This document shows, piece after piece, positions 21,353 to 31,422 of a DNA stretch of 64,000 nucleotides (its first letter is position 1; every line of letters starts with the position of its first letter). The DNA is from Elusimicrobiota bacterium (GTDB lineage Bacteria > Elusimicrobiota > Endomicrobiia > Endomicrobiales > JBDRNC01). A model generated the notes under the pieces. The model was not told the DNA's origin, ran no database searches, and saw only the letters and a list, made by a program, of their open reading frames with translations. The stretch is from positions 1-64,000 of the forward strand of contig JBDRNC010000017.1 in the NCBI GenBank assembly GCA_043811535.1, given 5' to 3'. The position numbers and the translations under genes are program-made.

Positions 21353-22078
21353 TCATTTTCCCCAGTATAGGCGTTCAATTAAAAACACCGGAAGCCTTTC
21401 TTTCCTCATTTTCTCCTGCGTCGTAGGAAAGTCATATTTTATCCTGAAATGCTCGTATTCGCAGGATTCATTGTCAAATACCGCGCATGACGCTTTGCTG
21501 TTTCCGTCCCTGGGCTGACCCACTGAACCGGGATTTATTATGTACTTGTCCTTTTTTGACAGGGTTACAGCTTCTTTGTCCCGCATAAAGATTTGTGTGA
21601 ACTTTTCGCCGAAAATGAACGGGATGTGGGTATGTCCCACGTATGTAAAAGGCATTTTCAGGCTACTTTTGTTTTCGGCGTACTGGTCCCGCGTCAGCAG
21701 GTATTCGTCGAGCGGGTCGCGCGGGGAACCGTGCACGACCGTGAACTCGGATTGATATACTATTTTAGGGAGTTCAGAGATATATATCTGGTTATCCTGG
21801 GAAAGGTTCTGACGGGTCCATATCAGCGCTTTTTGCGCGTATTCATTGAACCACGTGATATCCTTGAGCCCGCAAGCAGCCCTGTCGTGGTTCCCGACAC
21901 AGATCCACATCGGGAACAGTCTTTTTATCGTCTGAACGCACTCGTTCGGATTCGGTCCGTAGCCGACTATATCGCCCGCGAACAGGTAGGCGTCCACCTT
22001 TGTCGCGCGGAAGAAATCCAGCACGGCGTTCAACGCTTCAAGGTTTGAGTGAACATCGGCAAAAATACCATACTTCAT
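21353..22078 (-). CDS. Metallophosphoesterase
   Basis: DVHSN, GDIVGYG, GNHD, HGSP, GHTH, NPGSVGQPRDG. Confidence 0.93.
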   Translation of the reverse strand: MKYGIFADVHSNLEALNAVLDFFRATKVDAYLFAGDIVGYGPNPNECVQTIKRLFPMWICVGNHDRAACGLKDITWFNEYAQKALIWTRQNLSQDNQIYISELPKIVYQSEFTVVHGSPRDPLDEYLLTRDQYAENKSSLKMPFTYVGHTHIPFIFGEKFTQIFMRDKEAVTLSKKDKYIINPGSVGQPRDGNSKASCAVFDNESCEYEHFRIKYDFPTTQEKMRKERLPVFLIERLYWGK

Positions 22079-22086
22079 AAGAAACC

Positions 22087-22202
22087 TGATTACACAGATT
22101 TTGAACTGCGATTACAAAGATTACGACAAAGATTTCACGGATTTGCAGAAACTATTACACAGATGTTTAATCGGTGTAATCATTTTTTAATCTGTGTAAT
22201 CA
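22087..22202. repeat. GATTACAC inverted-repeat element, copy 3
   Basis: tgattacacagatt ... aatctgtgtaatca; overlaps the 3' end of the WecB/TagA gene. Confidence 0.75.
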
Positions 22203-22920
22203 GCCTCAATTTTATCACATTTAAAATGAAAAAGGGCAGGTTAAGTATCCTGAAAAAGCGCCACGGCTGCTGGAGTGTGCGGAAAACCCACTCTAACCCG
22301 GCATCCTGCATCCAGCGCGGCGCCCTTTTTAGGAATCCGGAGATTACGTCAAAACTTCCGCCCACGCCCATTACTACCGGCACCCCCAGCGTTTTGAGGT
22401 TCCGGGCTACCCACTTTTCCTGCCGCGGGATTGACATGCCGACAAAAAGGATATCGGCGCGGGATTTCCTTATGATGTCGATGACGCAGTTCAGCTCATC
22501 TTTCATCAGGTAACCGTGGTGCGCGCCGGCTATCTCCAGTTTAGGGAATTTCTCCCTGAGTTTTTCCCCGGCCTTTTGGGCTATCCCGTGCGCCGCTCCG
22601 AGCAGGAATATCCTGTAGCCGGATGATTCAGCTTCCCTGCAGATGTCAAAAAGGAGGTCAATGCCGGCGTACCTGGCCGCAACCGAGCCGGAAAGGAATT
22701 TGGCGGCCCATGTTATCCCGATGGAATCCGGAACAACAAGAGACGCGTTCTTTATGGCGTTGGCACAGTCCGGATCGTCAAAGGCGGCGTTGAACATCAG
22801 GGAGTTAAGGGTTATTATCTGCGACGGATTGCGGGATTTGATAAACTGTTTTATTTCGGAGATAACGGACTTGCCGTCCAGTATGTCGAGGTCGACGGGG
22901 CCCATCGGTATGCGTGGCAT
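22180..22920 (-). CDS. WecB/TagA/CpsF family glycosyltransferase
   Basis: VPDSIG, AGIDL, PRQEKW, GVGGSFDVISG, RAPRWMQDAGLEW. Confidence 0.93.
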   Translation of the reverse strand: MPRIPMGPVDLDILDGKSVISEIKQFIKSRNPSQIITLNSLMFNAAFDDPDCANAIKNASLVVPDSIGITWAAKFLSGSVAARYAGIDLLFDICREAESSGYRIFLLGAAHGIAQKAGEKLREKFPKLEIAGAHHGYLMKDELNCVIDIIRKSRADILFVGMSIPRQEKWVARNLKTLGVPVVMGVGGSFDVISGFLKRAPRWMQDAGLEWVFRTLQQPWRFFRILNLPFFILNVIKLRLITQIKK

Positions 22921-22932
22921 ATGTTTCGAAAG

Positions 22933-23012
22933 TGTAATGTGTAATGTTGAATGTGTAATGAATTTACTTAATGCAAAAATACTTCATCGCACATAACACA
23001 TCAAACATTACA
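22933..23012. repeat. Heptamer inverted array (TGTAATG / CATTACA)
   Basis: tgtaatg tgtaatg ttgaatg tgtaatg ... catcgca cataaca catcaaa cattaca. Confidence 0.8.
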
Positions 23013-23017
23013 CAATT

Positions 23018-26000
23018 TTATGCTGTTGCGGCGAGTTCTTCCCTGCTGAGGCGCACAGATATGATCTTTGACACGCCGAGTTCTTCCATCGTGACGCCGT
23101 ACAATACGTCCGCCATTTCCATCGTGCGTTTATTGTGGGTTACTATAAGGAACTGCGACTGGAATGCGAATGATTTAACCATACCGACAAAACGGCCGAT
23201 ATTAGCTTCATCGAGCGGAGCGTCAACCTCGTCCAGTATGCAGAACGGTGAAGGCCTTACCATGTAGAACGAGAAAAGCAGCGCGATAGCGGTCAGGGCC
23301 TTTTCGCCGCCTGATAAGAGCGCGATATTCTGGAGTTTCTTTCCCGGCGGCTGCGCGAATATTTCAACGCCGCTTTCAAGTAGATTGTTCTCGTCGGTAA
23401 GCTGGAGGTCGGCCTCGCCGCCTTCAAACAGCTGGTGGTAAATGTTTTGGAAATTCTCGCGCACTTGCGTGAAAGTCTTGGCGAAGTTTTCTACGGTGTT
23501 TTGGTTTATTTTCTGTATGACTTTGTGAAGGTCGTCCTTCGCTTTGATAAGGTCCTGTTGCTGGTTTAAAAGGAAGTTGTAGCGTTCTTCGATGTTCGCG
23601 TATTCCTCCGGAGCGGCGAGATTCACCGGACCCATGGATTCAATGCGGCGTTTAAGGCGGGCTATTTCCTCCTCCTGTACCTGCATGACGGAGAACTGTT
23701 CCCTGACCTCGTCGAATGATACCAGGAAATCGGAACGAAGGCGCTGCTCGGTGTTCTGTTTCTGAAGTTCAAAGCTGTGTTCTTCAAGCTTGAAATCCTG
23801 CATTCTGTGTTTTATGTCTTCAAGAGCCGCGCGCTGTTCATGCATTAATGTGTTTTTGTGTTCTATTTGTTTCAGCAGCGACTGGCGCTCTTCGGAAATA
23901 ACCTGTATTTTCTCCTCTTGTTCCGCCTGCTTTTTTGCGTATTCTTTCAGGTTGCGCGTCTCGTTTTCCTGGACTTTCCGCTGTTCCGATATTTTTGTCT
24001 CGGTGGTTTGTATCTCCTGTCTGGACTGAAGTATCGCCTGTTCAAGCGACGCGACGGTTTCCTTTAATTTTACTTCTTCGCGCCTGCGCGCGGCAAGTTC
24101 GCTGTCTTGCGTTGCCCAAGCTATTTTGGATTCGGTCGCCGTGGTGTTGGACGCGTTTTCCTGCTCTCGCAGCGACGCGACTTCGTGTTCCATGGCTTGC
24201 TGGCGTTTTTTCAGGTCGGAATCCTCTTTTTCAAGGGCGGCGATGGATTCCAGCGTCTTTTTAATCTCTTCAGTGGTTTTCATATCTTCGGTCTCGTATG
24301 AAATAATATCGTTCTTATTTAATTCAATTTCTTTTTCCATGTACTGGAGATCCTGCTTCTGGTTCGCAAGTTCCTGCCCCAGTATCTCTGACCGCAGTTT
24401 TATTGTCTGCAGTTCCGTTTCAGCTTTTGTTTTTTCTTCAGCCAGCGCCCCGAGTTCGGAAACGAACTGCCGGATGACTTCAGAATTTTTAGCGAGCTCG
24501 GCGTTCGCTTCTTCTATGCGTTCCTTGAGCTGTTGTACCTGCGCTTCGAACAGCATCGGTTTGTCCATCACGATCCTGCTTCCGCCCTGAATGACCGCCT
24601 GTCCGTACATAGTATATCCGTCTATAAGGGTGTCAGAGCACAGGAACCGCATTACAGTTTCATGCTGCTGATCGTATTGGATAAGCGATATCAACGCGCG
24701 GGCTGCCGGAGGAGTGGCGACGACCTGGTGGTGAGGGTTATCGGGGAGACGTTCAGTTATAATGAACGTGCAGCGTCCGAGATTGTTGTTCTGGAGATAT
24801 TCTATCGCTTTCTGGGCGGTCTGGACAGAATCGCATATAAGATAGTTCAGTTTTTCGCCGAGCGCGTTCGCCACGATATCTTCCGCTCCCGCGGCGATCC
24901 GTATCAGACTGCTGACAGGCCCTTTCAGCCCCGGCAGGTCAAGCGCGAGCGCCGAGCGCAGCGAAACTCTCTGCGGATCTTTTTCTTCCCACTCGCGGAG
25001 CATCTGTATCTTTGATTCAAGCGATATTACCTTTTCCCTGGCCGCATCCTGTTCCGACTGGAGCTTGATCCTTAGTTGTTCTATTTCCGAGATCCTGCTC
25101 AGTGTGTTCTGCAATGTTCCGGAAATCTGTTCGGATTGCGAAGCAAAAGCCGAGAGCTCGTTTGACCGGGTATTTACCTGCTCGTTCAGAGGGATGAATT
25201 GTTCTTCAAGGCGCGTCAACTCTTTCCGAAGCGTCAATATCTGTCCCTGAAAGCGCGTCTGCAGGGAGATCAGGCGGTTGTGTTCATTGTGCAGGTTGGT
25301 TTTTTCCGTGGCCATGTTGAACAATCTTCCCTTGATATCGCTTTCTTCTTTGACGATACCGGAGAGTTTGGCCCTGAGTTCCTGGACATATTGTTCCTTA
25401 TTTTTGTGCTCCGTTTCCAGTTTGGAAACCTGCTCGGAAAGCTGCCGGCACAATTCTGAGAGGTTTTGTGATTCCTTCGCCAGTTTGTCAATCCTCTGCG
25501 TGTCCGCGTGAATCTCGGTTTTCAGCGTGTCAAGGCGTTCAGTCAGTTCGGTTTCGCGCTGAGCCGCCTGGCGGACTCTCTCGTCGGAAAGGTTGATGTT
25601 GGATTTTGTCTGGGATAATTCATCCTGGAGCTTGATGAAAAGCTCGTCCTTTTCCATATGCAGGAGCCGGATCTCTGAGATTTCGGCATCTGCCTTGTCC
25701 ACAGCCGTGTTGACCATTTCGTATTCCTGCTGAAGCGGGTCAATCTCGGCTTTCAATCTGTCGATTTCCTGGACAGCCTTGATTATCTGCTGGACGAGTG
25801 ACGCGGTTTCGAGGCGCTTTAAATCTTCCTGGTATTTCTGGTACTGGCGGGCTTTTCTCGCGGCTGAGTCAAGACTGCTTATCTGCTCTTTCAGCAGGGC
25901 GAGCATGTCGTTGACGCGGTTCATGTCTATCTCTACTTTTTCGAGTTTTCTGAGAGTTTCTTCCCTGCGCGCCTTGTATTTCGATACTCCCGCGGCTTCC

Positions 26001-26485
26001 TCGAACAGCTCGCGCCTTTCCTCGGGCTTAGCGGAAAGTATGAACTCCACTTTGCCCTGCTCCATCATGGAGTAACCTTCGGCGCCAATTCCGGTGTCAA
26101 GGAAAAGGTCTTTAATATCTTTGAGGCGGCACTGGACTTTATTGATGAAATATTCGCTTTCACCGCTGCGGAACAGCCGGCGCGTAACAGTGACTTCGGA
26201 ATAATCGATGGGAAGGATGTTCTGCGAATTGTCGAAAGTCATCGAAACTTCAGACATGCCGGTTGCGGATCTTGATTGAGAACCGCCGAAAAGCACGTCC
26301 ATCATCTGATGACTGCGCAACGATTTGGAGCTTTGTTCTCCAAGGCACCATTTGATGGCATCGGAAATGTTGGATTTACCGCATCCGTTCGGGCCAATGA
26401 TAGCGGTAATACCGGGGTCAAAATCAAGCCTGGTTTTGTCGGCAAATGACTTAAATCCGCACAATTCAAGTCTTTTTAAGTACAT
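23018..26485 (-). CDS. smc: Chromosome partition protein Smc
   Basis: GFKSF, GPNGCGKSN, coiled coils and hinge, LSGGEK, ILDEVDAPLD. Confidence 0.97.
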   Translation of the reverse strand: MYLKRLELCGFKSFADKTRLDFDPGITAIIGPNGCGKSNISDAIKWCLGEQSSKSLRSHQMMDVLFGGSQSRSATGMSEVSMTFDNSQNILPIDYSEVTVTRRLFRSGESEYFINKVQCRLKDIKDLFLDTGIGAEGYSMMEQGKVEFILSAKPEERRELFEEAAGVSKYKARREETLRKLEKVEIDMNRVNDMLALLKEQISSLDSAARKARQYQKYQEDLKRLETASLVQQIIKAVQEIDRLKAEIDPLQQEYEMVNTAVDKADAEISEIRLLHMEKDELFIKLQDELSQTKSNINLSDERVRQAAQRETELTERLDTLKTEIHADTQRIDKLAKESQNLSELCRQLSEQVSKLETEHKNKEQYVQELRAKLSGIVKEESDIKGRLFNMATEKTNLHNEHNRLISLQTRFQGQILTLRKELTRLEEQFIPLNEQVNTRSNELSAFASQSEQISGTLQNTLSRISEIEQLRIKLQSEQDAAREKVISLESKIQMLREWEEKDPQRVSLRSALALDLPGLKGPVSSLIRIAAGAEDIVANALGEKLNYLICDSVQTAQKAIEYLQNNNLGRCTFIITERLPDNPHHQVVATPPAARALISLIQYDQQHETVMRFLCSDTLIDGYTMYGQAVIQGGSRIVMDKPMLFEAQVQQLKERIEEANAELAKNSEVIRQFVSELGALAEEKTKAETELQTIKLRSEILGQELANQKQDLQYMEKEIELNKNDIISYETEDMKTTEEIKKTLESIAALEKEDSDLKKRQQAMEHEVASLREQENASNTTATESKIAWATQDSELAARRREEVKLKETVASLEQAILQSRQEIQTTETKISEQRKVQENETRNLKEYAKKQAEQEEKIQVISEERQSLLKQIEHKNTLMHEQRAALEDIKHRMQDFKLEEHSFELQKQNTEQRLRSDFLVSFDEVREQFSVMQVQEEEIARLKRRIESMGPVNLAAPEEYANIEERYNFLLNQQQDLIKAKDDLHKVIQKINQNTVENFAKTFTQVRENFQNIYHQLFEGGEADLQLTDENNLLESGVEIFAQPPGKKLQNIALLSGGEKALTAIALLFSFYMVRPSPFCILDEVDAPLDEANIGRFVGMVKSFAFQSQFLIVTHNKRTMEMADVLYGVTMEELGVSKIISVRLSREELAATA

Positions 26486-26536
26486 CTTTTAGTTCCTTTT
26501 TGTGGCTAGATAGATTTTTTTACCATCTTTTACACA

Positions 26537-26565
26537 AGGATAACAAATTGCTTTAACTTTGTCAA
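26537..26565 (-). promoter_or_regulatory. Putative sigma70 promoter of smc
   Basis: TTGACA-17 nt-TATCCT. Confidence 0.55.
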
Positions 26566-26712
26566 GGGGGTAAATGGCATGATTGATGAGGCAGAACTGA
26601 GGTGACAGAACTGATGAAACAGAACTAATAAAGCAGGTGTTAAGGCAGGTCCGGAAACAGATAGCGTATAGAAGAATCATGGTTTTTTGCCGAATTCGAT
26701 ATAGTCCCGCCC

Positions 26713-26749
26713 AAAAGAAAAACCCCGGCGATAAAACCGGGGTTATTTT
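26713..26749 (-). terminator. Intrinsic terminator
   Basis: AACCCCGG/CCGGGGTT stem with a T-tract on the minus strand. Confidence 0.65.
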
Positions 26750-26884
26750 ACTACAGTCAAATGCTTCGCGTCAAATGCCCTTCAGGCGTCAAGAATAGTC
26801 AAGGACTAATGCGGTTTTTGACGTCCCAAAGGGACACTTGACTTCATGACATCAAGATGAAATCGGGATATATGACCGTCATTG

Positions 26885-27091
26885 TCAAATGTATTTCATC
26901 TCTTCTATTTCTTCCGGGTCAAGGCCCGAGTAGGCCCTGCGCAAGTCTTCAAGGGATATTTTCCTCTCTCCTCTTGCGGAACGGCTGAGAAGCACGATCC
27001 CGGCCAGACCTATAAGCGCAACGATGTTCAAAACGGTCAATGCCGTTATGTGATTACCGCTGCAATTTTTCTTTTGAGTTTTTTCTTCCAT
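26885..27091 (-). CDS. Small single-TM hypothetical protein
   Basis: MEEKTQKK...ITALTVLNIVALIGLAGIVLL; start uncertain. Confidence 0.45.
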   Translation of the reverse strand: MEEKTQKKNCSGNHITALTVLNIVALIGLAGIVLLSRSARGERKISLEDLRRAYSGLDPEEIEEMKYI

Positions 27092-27152
27092 GCTAATCCG
27101 TCTCTTTCTTGGTTTTACCAAGTTGAGATTATTGAAAAACCCCAATAATCTC

Positions 27153-27236
27153 TGATTACACTGATTTTTGAACGATTACACAGATTAAGTCCCGTCGGCG
27201 TTTCTGTGCAATCTGTTTTTTTAATCTGTGTAATCA
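27153..27236. repeat. GATTACAC inverted-repeat element, copy 4
   Basis: tgattacactgatt..gattacacagatt ... aatctgtgtaatca. Confidence 0.75.
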
Positions 27237-27273
27237 AGACCGTTGAGTACTTTTTCAACGGTCTCAAGCGGCG

Positions 27274-27792
27274 CTATACGACCATGCATTTCCTTGCGGC
27301 GGAAATTTTAATGACTTTTCTCGTAGAGTCCACAAGTCTTGCTTTTATCGTGTGAGGTCCGGGTATGAAATATCCCCAGTCAAACCACCAGTATCCTGCC
27401 GCGTTCCTGCAGGAAGTCCAGTCGGCGCCGTTAACCGAAACTTCAACAGAGCCGCCTTCAGACGCGCCGATCCTCATAACGTACGCAAGCCCTGATACGA
27501 CTTCGCCTTCAGTAGGGTAATCTATCGCGACGAATAATTTCGGCGCTTCGGCGGCCGCTGTTTTTTCCTTCGCGGGTTTCTTAGCGGCGGCCTTTTTGGC
27601 TGGTTTCAGTTTGACCGATGAAGACTGTTCCGAACCCGGGAACGCGGCTTCGCTCACCAATTTCTGAATATCAACCGGAGCTGATTTTTTTGTTTTTTTC
27701 GCCGGCATCTTGTCCTCCTTTTTTGTTCTTTCAACCGTTAATGCGGTTAACGCTTCGTTAACCTGCATTTTGCTGCTTTTCTTCGTTGCCAT
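27274..27792 (-). CDS. Hypothetical protein: Lys/Ala-rich N-terminus plus small Ig-like beta domain
   Basis: KPAKKAAAKKPAK linker; IDYPTEGEVV...VEVSVNG..W...GPHTIKAR. Confidence 0.65.
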   Translation of the reverse strand: MATKKSSKMQVNEALTALTVERTKKEDKMPAKKTKKSAPVDIQKLVSEAAFPGSEQSSSVKLKPAKKAAAKKPAKEKTAAAEAPKLFVAIDYPTEGEVVSGLAYVMRIGASEGGSVEVSVNGADWTSCRNAAGYWWFDWGYFIPGPHTIKARLVDSTRKVIKISAARKCMVV

Positions 27793-27849
27793 TTTTCATT
27801 CCTTTCTTTTTGTTTTATGGGCCTTTGTCGTTAACTCATTACCCATTAC

Positions 27850-28959
27850 TCATAACTGCCGTTCATAGATCCTGTACTTCTTGTAAAGTTTTCCTCCCAT
27901 CATCTCGGCCCCTCGCTGGGTCATGATATTATCGTCGAGAATCCAGGAAAACTCGCATTTCTCGAAACCTTTTCTTAATGAATTTCTCAATGCTTCATAA
28001 TACATCACTCCTTCGATTCCCCGAAGGCGATGCTCTTTAACCACCCCCATTATCATCAGACGTAAGGCTTTGATCTTGTTCTTGTAGAACATGAATTTGA
28101 GTATACCGAACGGGAACAACCGCCCGTTCATTTTTTTCATCACAAAATTATAGTCGGGCACCGCTATCAACAGTCCTACGGGTTTCCCGCCCAGCTCGGC
28201 TATCAGCGTTGTGTCCGGATAGAAGAGGGATTTCATGCGCGTGGCCACAGTCATAAATTCCTTTTTTGTCCACGGCACAAAGGCCCAGTTCTTTTCCCAC
28301 GCGGCGTTGTACACGCTGAGCGCCCGCTGGAGCTCCTTTTCCCAGTCCTTCATGTTCAGGCTTCTTACAATCAGCCCGGGATTCTTTTTGCGGGCCATTT
28401 CCGCTATGCGCTTGAGGCGTTCTATGGGGCCGTTGGAAATATCCATCTCGTACGCGTATAGCTCTTTGGCTTTTTTGAGCTCGCACTGTTCGGCGAGATT
28501 CAGATAGTAGCGGGGGTTATAGGGCATCATGAGCCGGGGCATTTCATCGAACCCTTCGCACAGGAAGCCGCACTCGTCGTTCGTTGATGGATTCATCGGC
28601 CCGCGCATCATCTCGATCCCTTTGGACTTAAGCCACTCGCCTGCTTTGTCAAAGAGCGCTTTTGCCGCAACCGGGTTGTTCTCGGATTCATAGAACCCGA
28701 AGAATCCAACCGGTTCATCGTGGAACCTGATATAGTTGTGGTCCACGATCGCCGCGATTCGCCCCATTGGTTTCCCCGAATTGTCATACGCCATAAAGAG
28801 CTCTCTTTCTGAGTGTTCCCAGAAAGGGTTTTCCTTAAGGTTGAATTTAACATCCATCAGCAACGGAGGAACCCAGTTGCGGTCGTTCTTGTATATTGAC
28901 CAGGGAAATTTTATAAATCTGTCAAATTGAGCGGGGGTATTTATAGTTTGTATTTCCAT
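27850..28959 (-). CDS. GNAT-fold protein, probable bacterial ceramide synthase (bCerS-like)
   Basis: FIKFPWSIY..WVPPL, GRIAA, GFFGFYE, RGPMN, MMPYNPRYY, YNAAWEKNW, SWILDDN; coupled to the SPT gene. Confidence 0.7.
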   Translation of the reverse strand: MEIQTINTPAQFDRFIKFPWSIYKNDRNWVPPLLMDVKFNLKENPFWEHSERELFMAYDNSGKPMGRIAAIVDHNYIRFHDEPVGFFGFYESENNPVAAKALFDKAGEWLKSKGIEMMRGPMNPSTNDECGFLCEGFDEMPRLMMPYNPRYYLNLAEQCELKKAKELYAYEMDISNGPIERLKRIAEMARKKNPGLIVRSLNMKDWEKELQRALSVYNAAWEKNWAFVPWTKKEFMTVATRMKSLFYPDTTLIAELGGKPVGLLIAVPDYNFVMKKMNGRLFPFGILKFMFYKNKIKALRLMIMGVVKEHRLRGIEGVMYYEALRNSLRKGFEKCEFSWILDDNIMTQRGAEMMGGKLYKKYRIYERQL

Positions 28960-30263
28960 TAGTTTTTATTCCATGTCCACATGTTCCTGATCCAGCTTTT
29001 TATCGCGTACCCCATTTCCTTGCGCGAAAAAGTGAATTTCCATTTTTTCTCAAAGGGTTTGATCCTTCTTGAGCCGCCCGATATGATGCCCAGCTGCTTG
29101 CCCACTTTCTCGAATTTATCAAGAACGAAATCCAGCTGTTCTTCGGTATGGGTCGCCATGTAGCTCGTGCGGATTATCGACTTCCCTTCCGGCACGGCAG
29201 GGCTTACCACGGGCGACGCGAAAATGCCTTCATCGAAAAGCATGCGCCACATCTGGAACGCTTTCATGTCCTCGCCGACGGTCAAGGGAATTATCGGCGA
29301 CTCCGAAGTTCCCGTGTCAAAACCGAGCGACTCGTAGGCTTCCTTCATCTTTTTGGTGTTTTTCCAGAGACGCTCGCGCCTTTCAGGCTCTTTTTCAATT
29401 ATGTCCATGGCCGCGTCTATCGCTGCTACGCACGCGGGCGGTAGGCTTGCGGTAAAGATCAATGAACGGGACATATGTTTGATATAATGAACAACCTCTT
29501 CGCGGCTGGCTATGAACCCGCCTATTGAAGCGAGCGATTTGGACGCGGTCGCCATGACGACGTCCACTTCGCTTTCCAGCCCGAAATGTTCGCCTGTGCC
29601 GCGGCCGTGTTCACCGAGTACGCCGAGCGAGTGGGCTTCATCAACCATGATGCGCGCGCCGTACGTTCTGGCGAGCTTGACTACTCCCGGCAGGTTTATT
29701 ATGTCGCCTTCCATGCTGAAAATGCCGTCAACCACGATGAATTTCCCCGTGTCGCGGTGTTTTGCCAGCTGTCTTTCAAGGTCACCCATGTCATTATGGC
29801 GGAAGCGGACCATTTCGCCGAGAGCCAGGCGGCATCCGTCGATGATGGACGCGTGGTCAAGTTTATCGGTTATCACGATGTCCTGCTTGCCTACAAGCGA
29901 GGATATCGCGCCAAGGTTGGCGTGATGCCCGGTCGTGAAAAGTATCGCTGATTCCTTGCCGACGAATCTGGCGAACTTCCTTTCAACTTTCTCGTGCAGG
30001 TCGTTCGTGCCGTTAAGGAAGCGCGAGCCTGTGCAGGACGTCCCGTACTTTCTTATCGCGGCGCAGCTGGCCTCCTTGACTTTTGGGTGGTTCGCGAGGC
30101 CCAGGTAATTATTTGAGCATACGACGATTTTTTTCTCGCCTTCTATGATAACCTCAGGGCCCTGTTCCGACTCTACTTTCTTGAAGTAAGGATATACGCC
30201 GGCGGCCATGATTTCATGCACCGTGTTGAATTTAAAGCATTTGCCGAACAAATCAGTCTGCAT
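28959..30263 (-). CDS. PLP-dependent alpha-oxoamine synthase, probable serine palmitoyltransferase
   Basis: YPYF, SNNYLGL, GSRFLNGT, HASIIDG, DEAH, SKSLAS (PLP Lys). Confidence 0.8.
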   Translation of the reverse strand: MQTDLFGKCFKFNTVHEIMAAGVYPYFKKVESEQGPEVIIEGEKKIVVCSNNYLGLANHPKVKEASCAAIRKYGTSCTGSRFLNGTNDLHEKVERKFARFVGKESAILFTTGHHANLGAISSLVGKQDIVITDKLDHASIIDGCRLALGEMVRFRHNDMGDLERQLAKHRDTGKFIVVDGIFSMEGDIINLPGVVKLARTYGARIMVDEAHSLGVLGEHGRGTGEHFGLESEVDVVMATASKSLASIGGFIASREEVVHYIKHMSRSLIFTASLPPACVAAIDAAMDIIEKEPERRERLWKNTKKMKEAYESLGFDTGTSESPIIPLTVGEDMKAFQMWRMLFDEGIFASPVVSPAVPEGKSIIRTSYMATHTEEQLDFVLDKFEKVGKQLGIISGGSRRIKPFEKKWKFTFSRKEMGYAIKSWIRNMWTWNKN

Positions 30264-30280
30264 CTATAATCCTCCGGATT

Positions 30281-30349
30281 AATTACAAATTTTGCAATTA
30301 CAAATTACAGATTGAATGCCTGAACGATGTTAATTTGTAATCTGTAAAT
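30281..30349. repeat. Heptamer inverted array (AATTACA / TGTAATY)
   Basis: aattaca..caattac aaattac agatt ... taatttg taatctg taaat. Confidence 0.7.
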
Positions 30350-30351
30350 AT

Positions 30352-31326
30352 TTACAGCCATTTATGCTCTTTATACCACGAATACGTTATTTTAGCACCA
30401 ATTTCGAATTTTGTAAAGCCCATTTGCAAATCTTTTTCCGCGGGCCCGGGGTCCGCGATCCAGAACGGCTGCAAAAACTCTTCAATTTTCTGCGTGTTTA
30501 GCACAGCGGGCTTCTTCCGGAGGCCGGCTAATATCTCGGAAAAAAACGCCGTTGTTTTAAAGGCAAAATCGGGCAGGTAAACCGGGAATGTCTTTTTCCC
30601 CGCCGATTTGGCTATGACCGTAGCGGCCTGTTCCCACGTGTAAGGGGTGCCGTCGGCAAGAAAATATGTCTTGTAGTCCGAGACGCCGCTCTCTATCGCC
30701 CTGTGCGATGCCTCGGCGATGTCCTTGACAAAAACCAGCTGGAAGTAGCGTTTTTTCAGCGTGCGCGGGCGCAGGCCTTTGCTGACAAGCTGGAAGAAAA
30801 TAAAAATATCCTTGTCGCGGGGACCATAAACGGAAGACGGCCGGAGTATCGTATAGGGTATTTTCCCCTTCAATATTTCAAGCTCTTTTTCCCCGGCAAG
30901 CTTGCTCTTGCCGTAATCCGAGACCGGATTTTCCGGCTCATTCATCTGTTTCGGCCTGAACTCGGGGCTCGGTCCCATCGCGGCCTGCGAAGAGATGTAT
31001 ACCAGTTTTTTCAGTTTAGGATTGAATTGGAGCAGTGATTCGGCAAGGTTTTTCGTGCCCTTGCCGTTGACATGATAATAGAACTCGGGCTCGGTGGCCC
31101 GCAGAACTCCGGCCGAATGCACCACCGCATCAACATCCTTGACCGCGTCGCAAAGCGTCTGTGGGTGCGTGACATCGCCGATGCGTTTCTCGAGGTGCAG
31201 GCTCTCAAGCCACTTGAGGTTGCTTGTATGGCGCACCAGGCATATAACGTGGTGCCCTTTTTGCGAAAGCGTCTCCGCAATGTGGCTGCCTACAAAACCG
31301 TTGCTTCCCGTGATTAATATTTTCAT
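30352..31326 (-). CDS. NAD-dependent epimerase/dehydratase (extended SDR), candidate ceramide/3-KDS reductase
   Basis: TGSNGFVG, YGKSK, LRPSSVYGP; directly upstream of SPT. Confidence 0.85.
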   Translation of the reverse strand: MKILITGSNGFVGSHIAETLSQKGHHVICLVRHTSNLKWLESLHLEKRIGDVTHPQTLCDAVKDVDAVVHSAGVLRATEPEFYYHVNGKGTKNLAESLLQFNPKLKKLVYISSQAAMGPSPEFRPKQMNEPENPVSDYGKSKLAGEKELEILKGKIPYTILRPSSVYGPRDKDIFIFFQLVSKGLRPRTLKKRYFQLVFVKDIAEASHRAIESGVSDYKTYFLADGTPYTWEQAATVIAKSAGKKTFPVYLPDFAFKTTAFFSEILAGLRKKPAVLNTQKIEEFLQPFWIADPGPAEKDLQMGFTKFEIGAKITYSWYKEHKWL

Positions 31327-31338
31327 AAATGTAAGATC

Positions 31339-31421
31339 ATTACAAATTCCATATTACAAATTACAGATTAGAGACTTTAAGCAGTTAATTTGTAATCTGT
31401 AATGTGTAATTTGAAATTGTA
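31339..31421. repeat. Heptamer inverted array (ATTACAA / TGTAATY)
   Basis: attacaa attccat attacaa attacag ... taatttg taatctg taatgtg taatttg. Confidence 0.8.
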
Positions 31422-31422
31422 T

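Noticed and set aside
26489..26680. 63-aa ORF upstream of smc
   Set aside because: Overlaps the promoter and repeat region, has no clear RBS and no family features.
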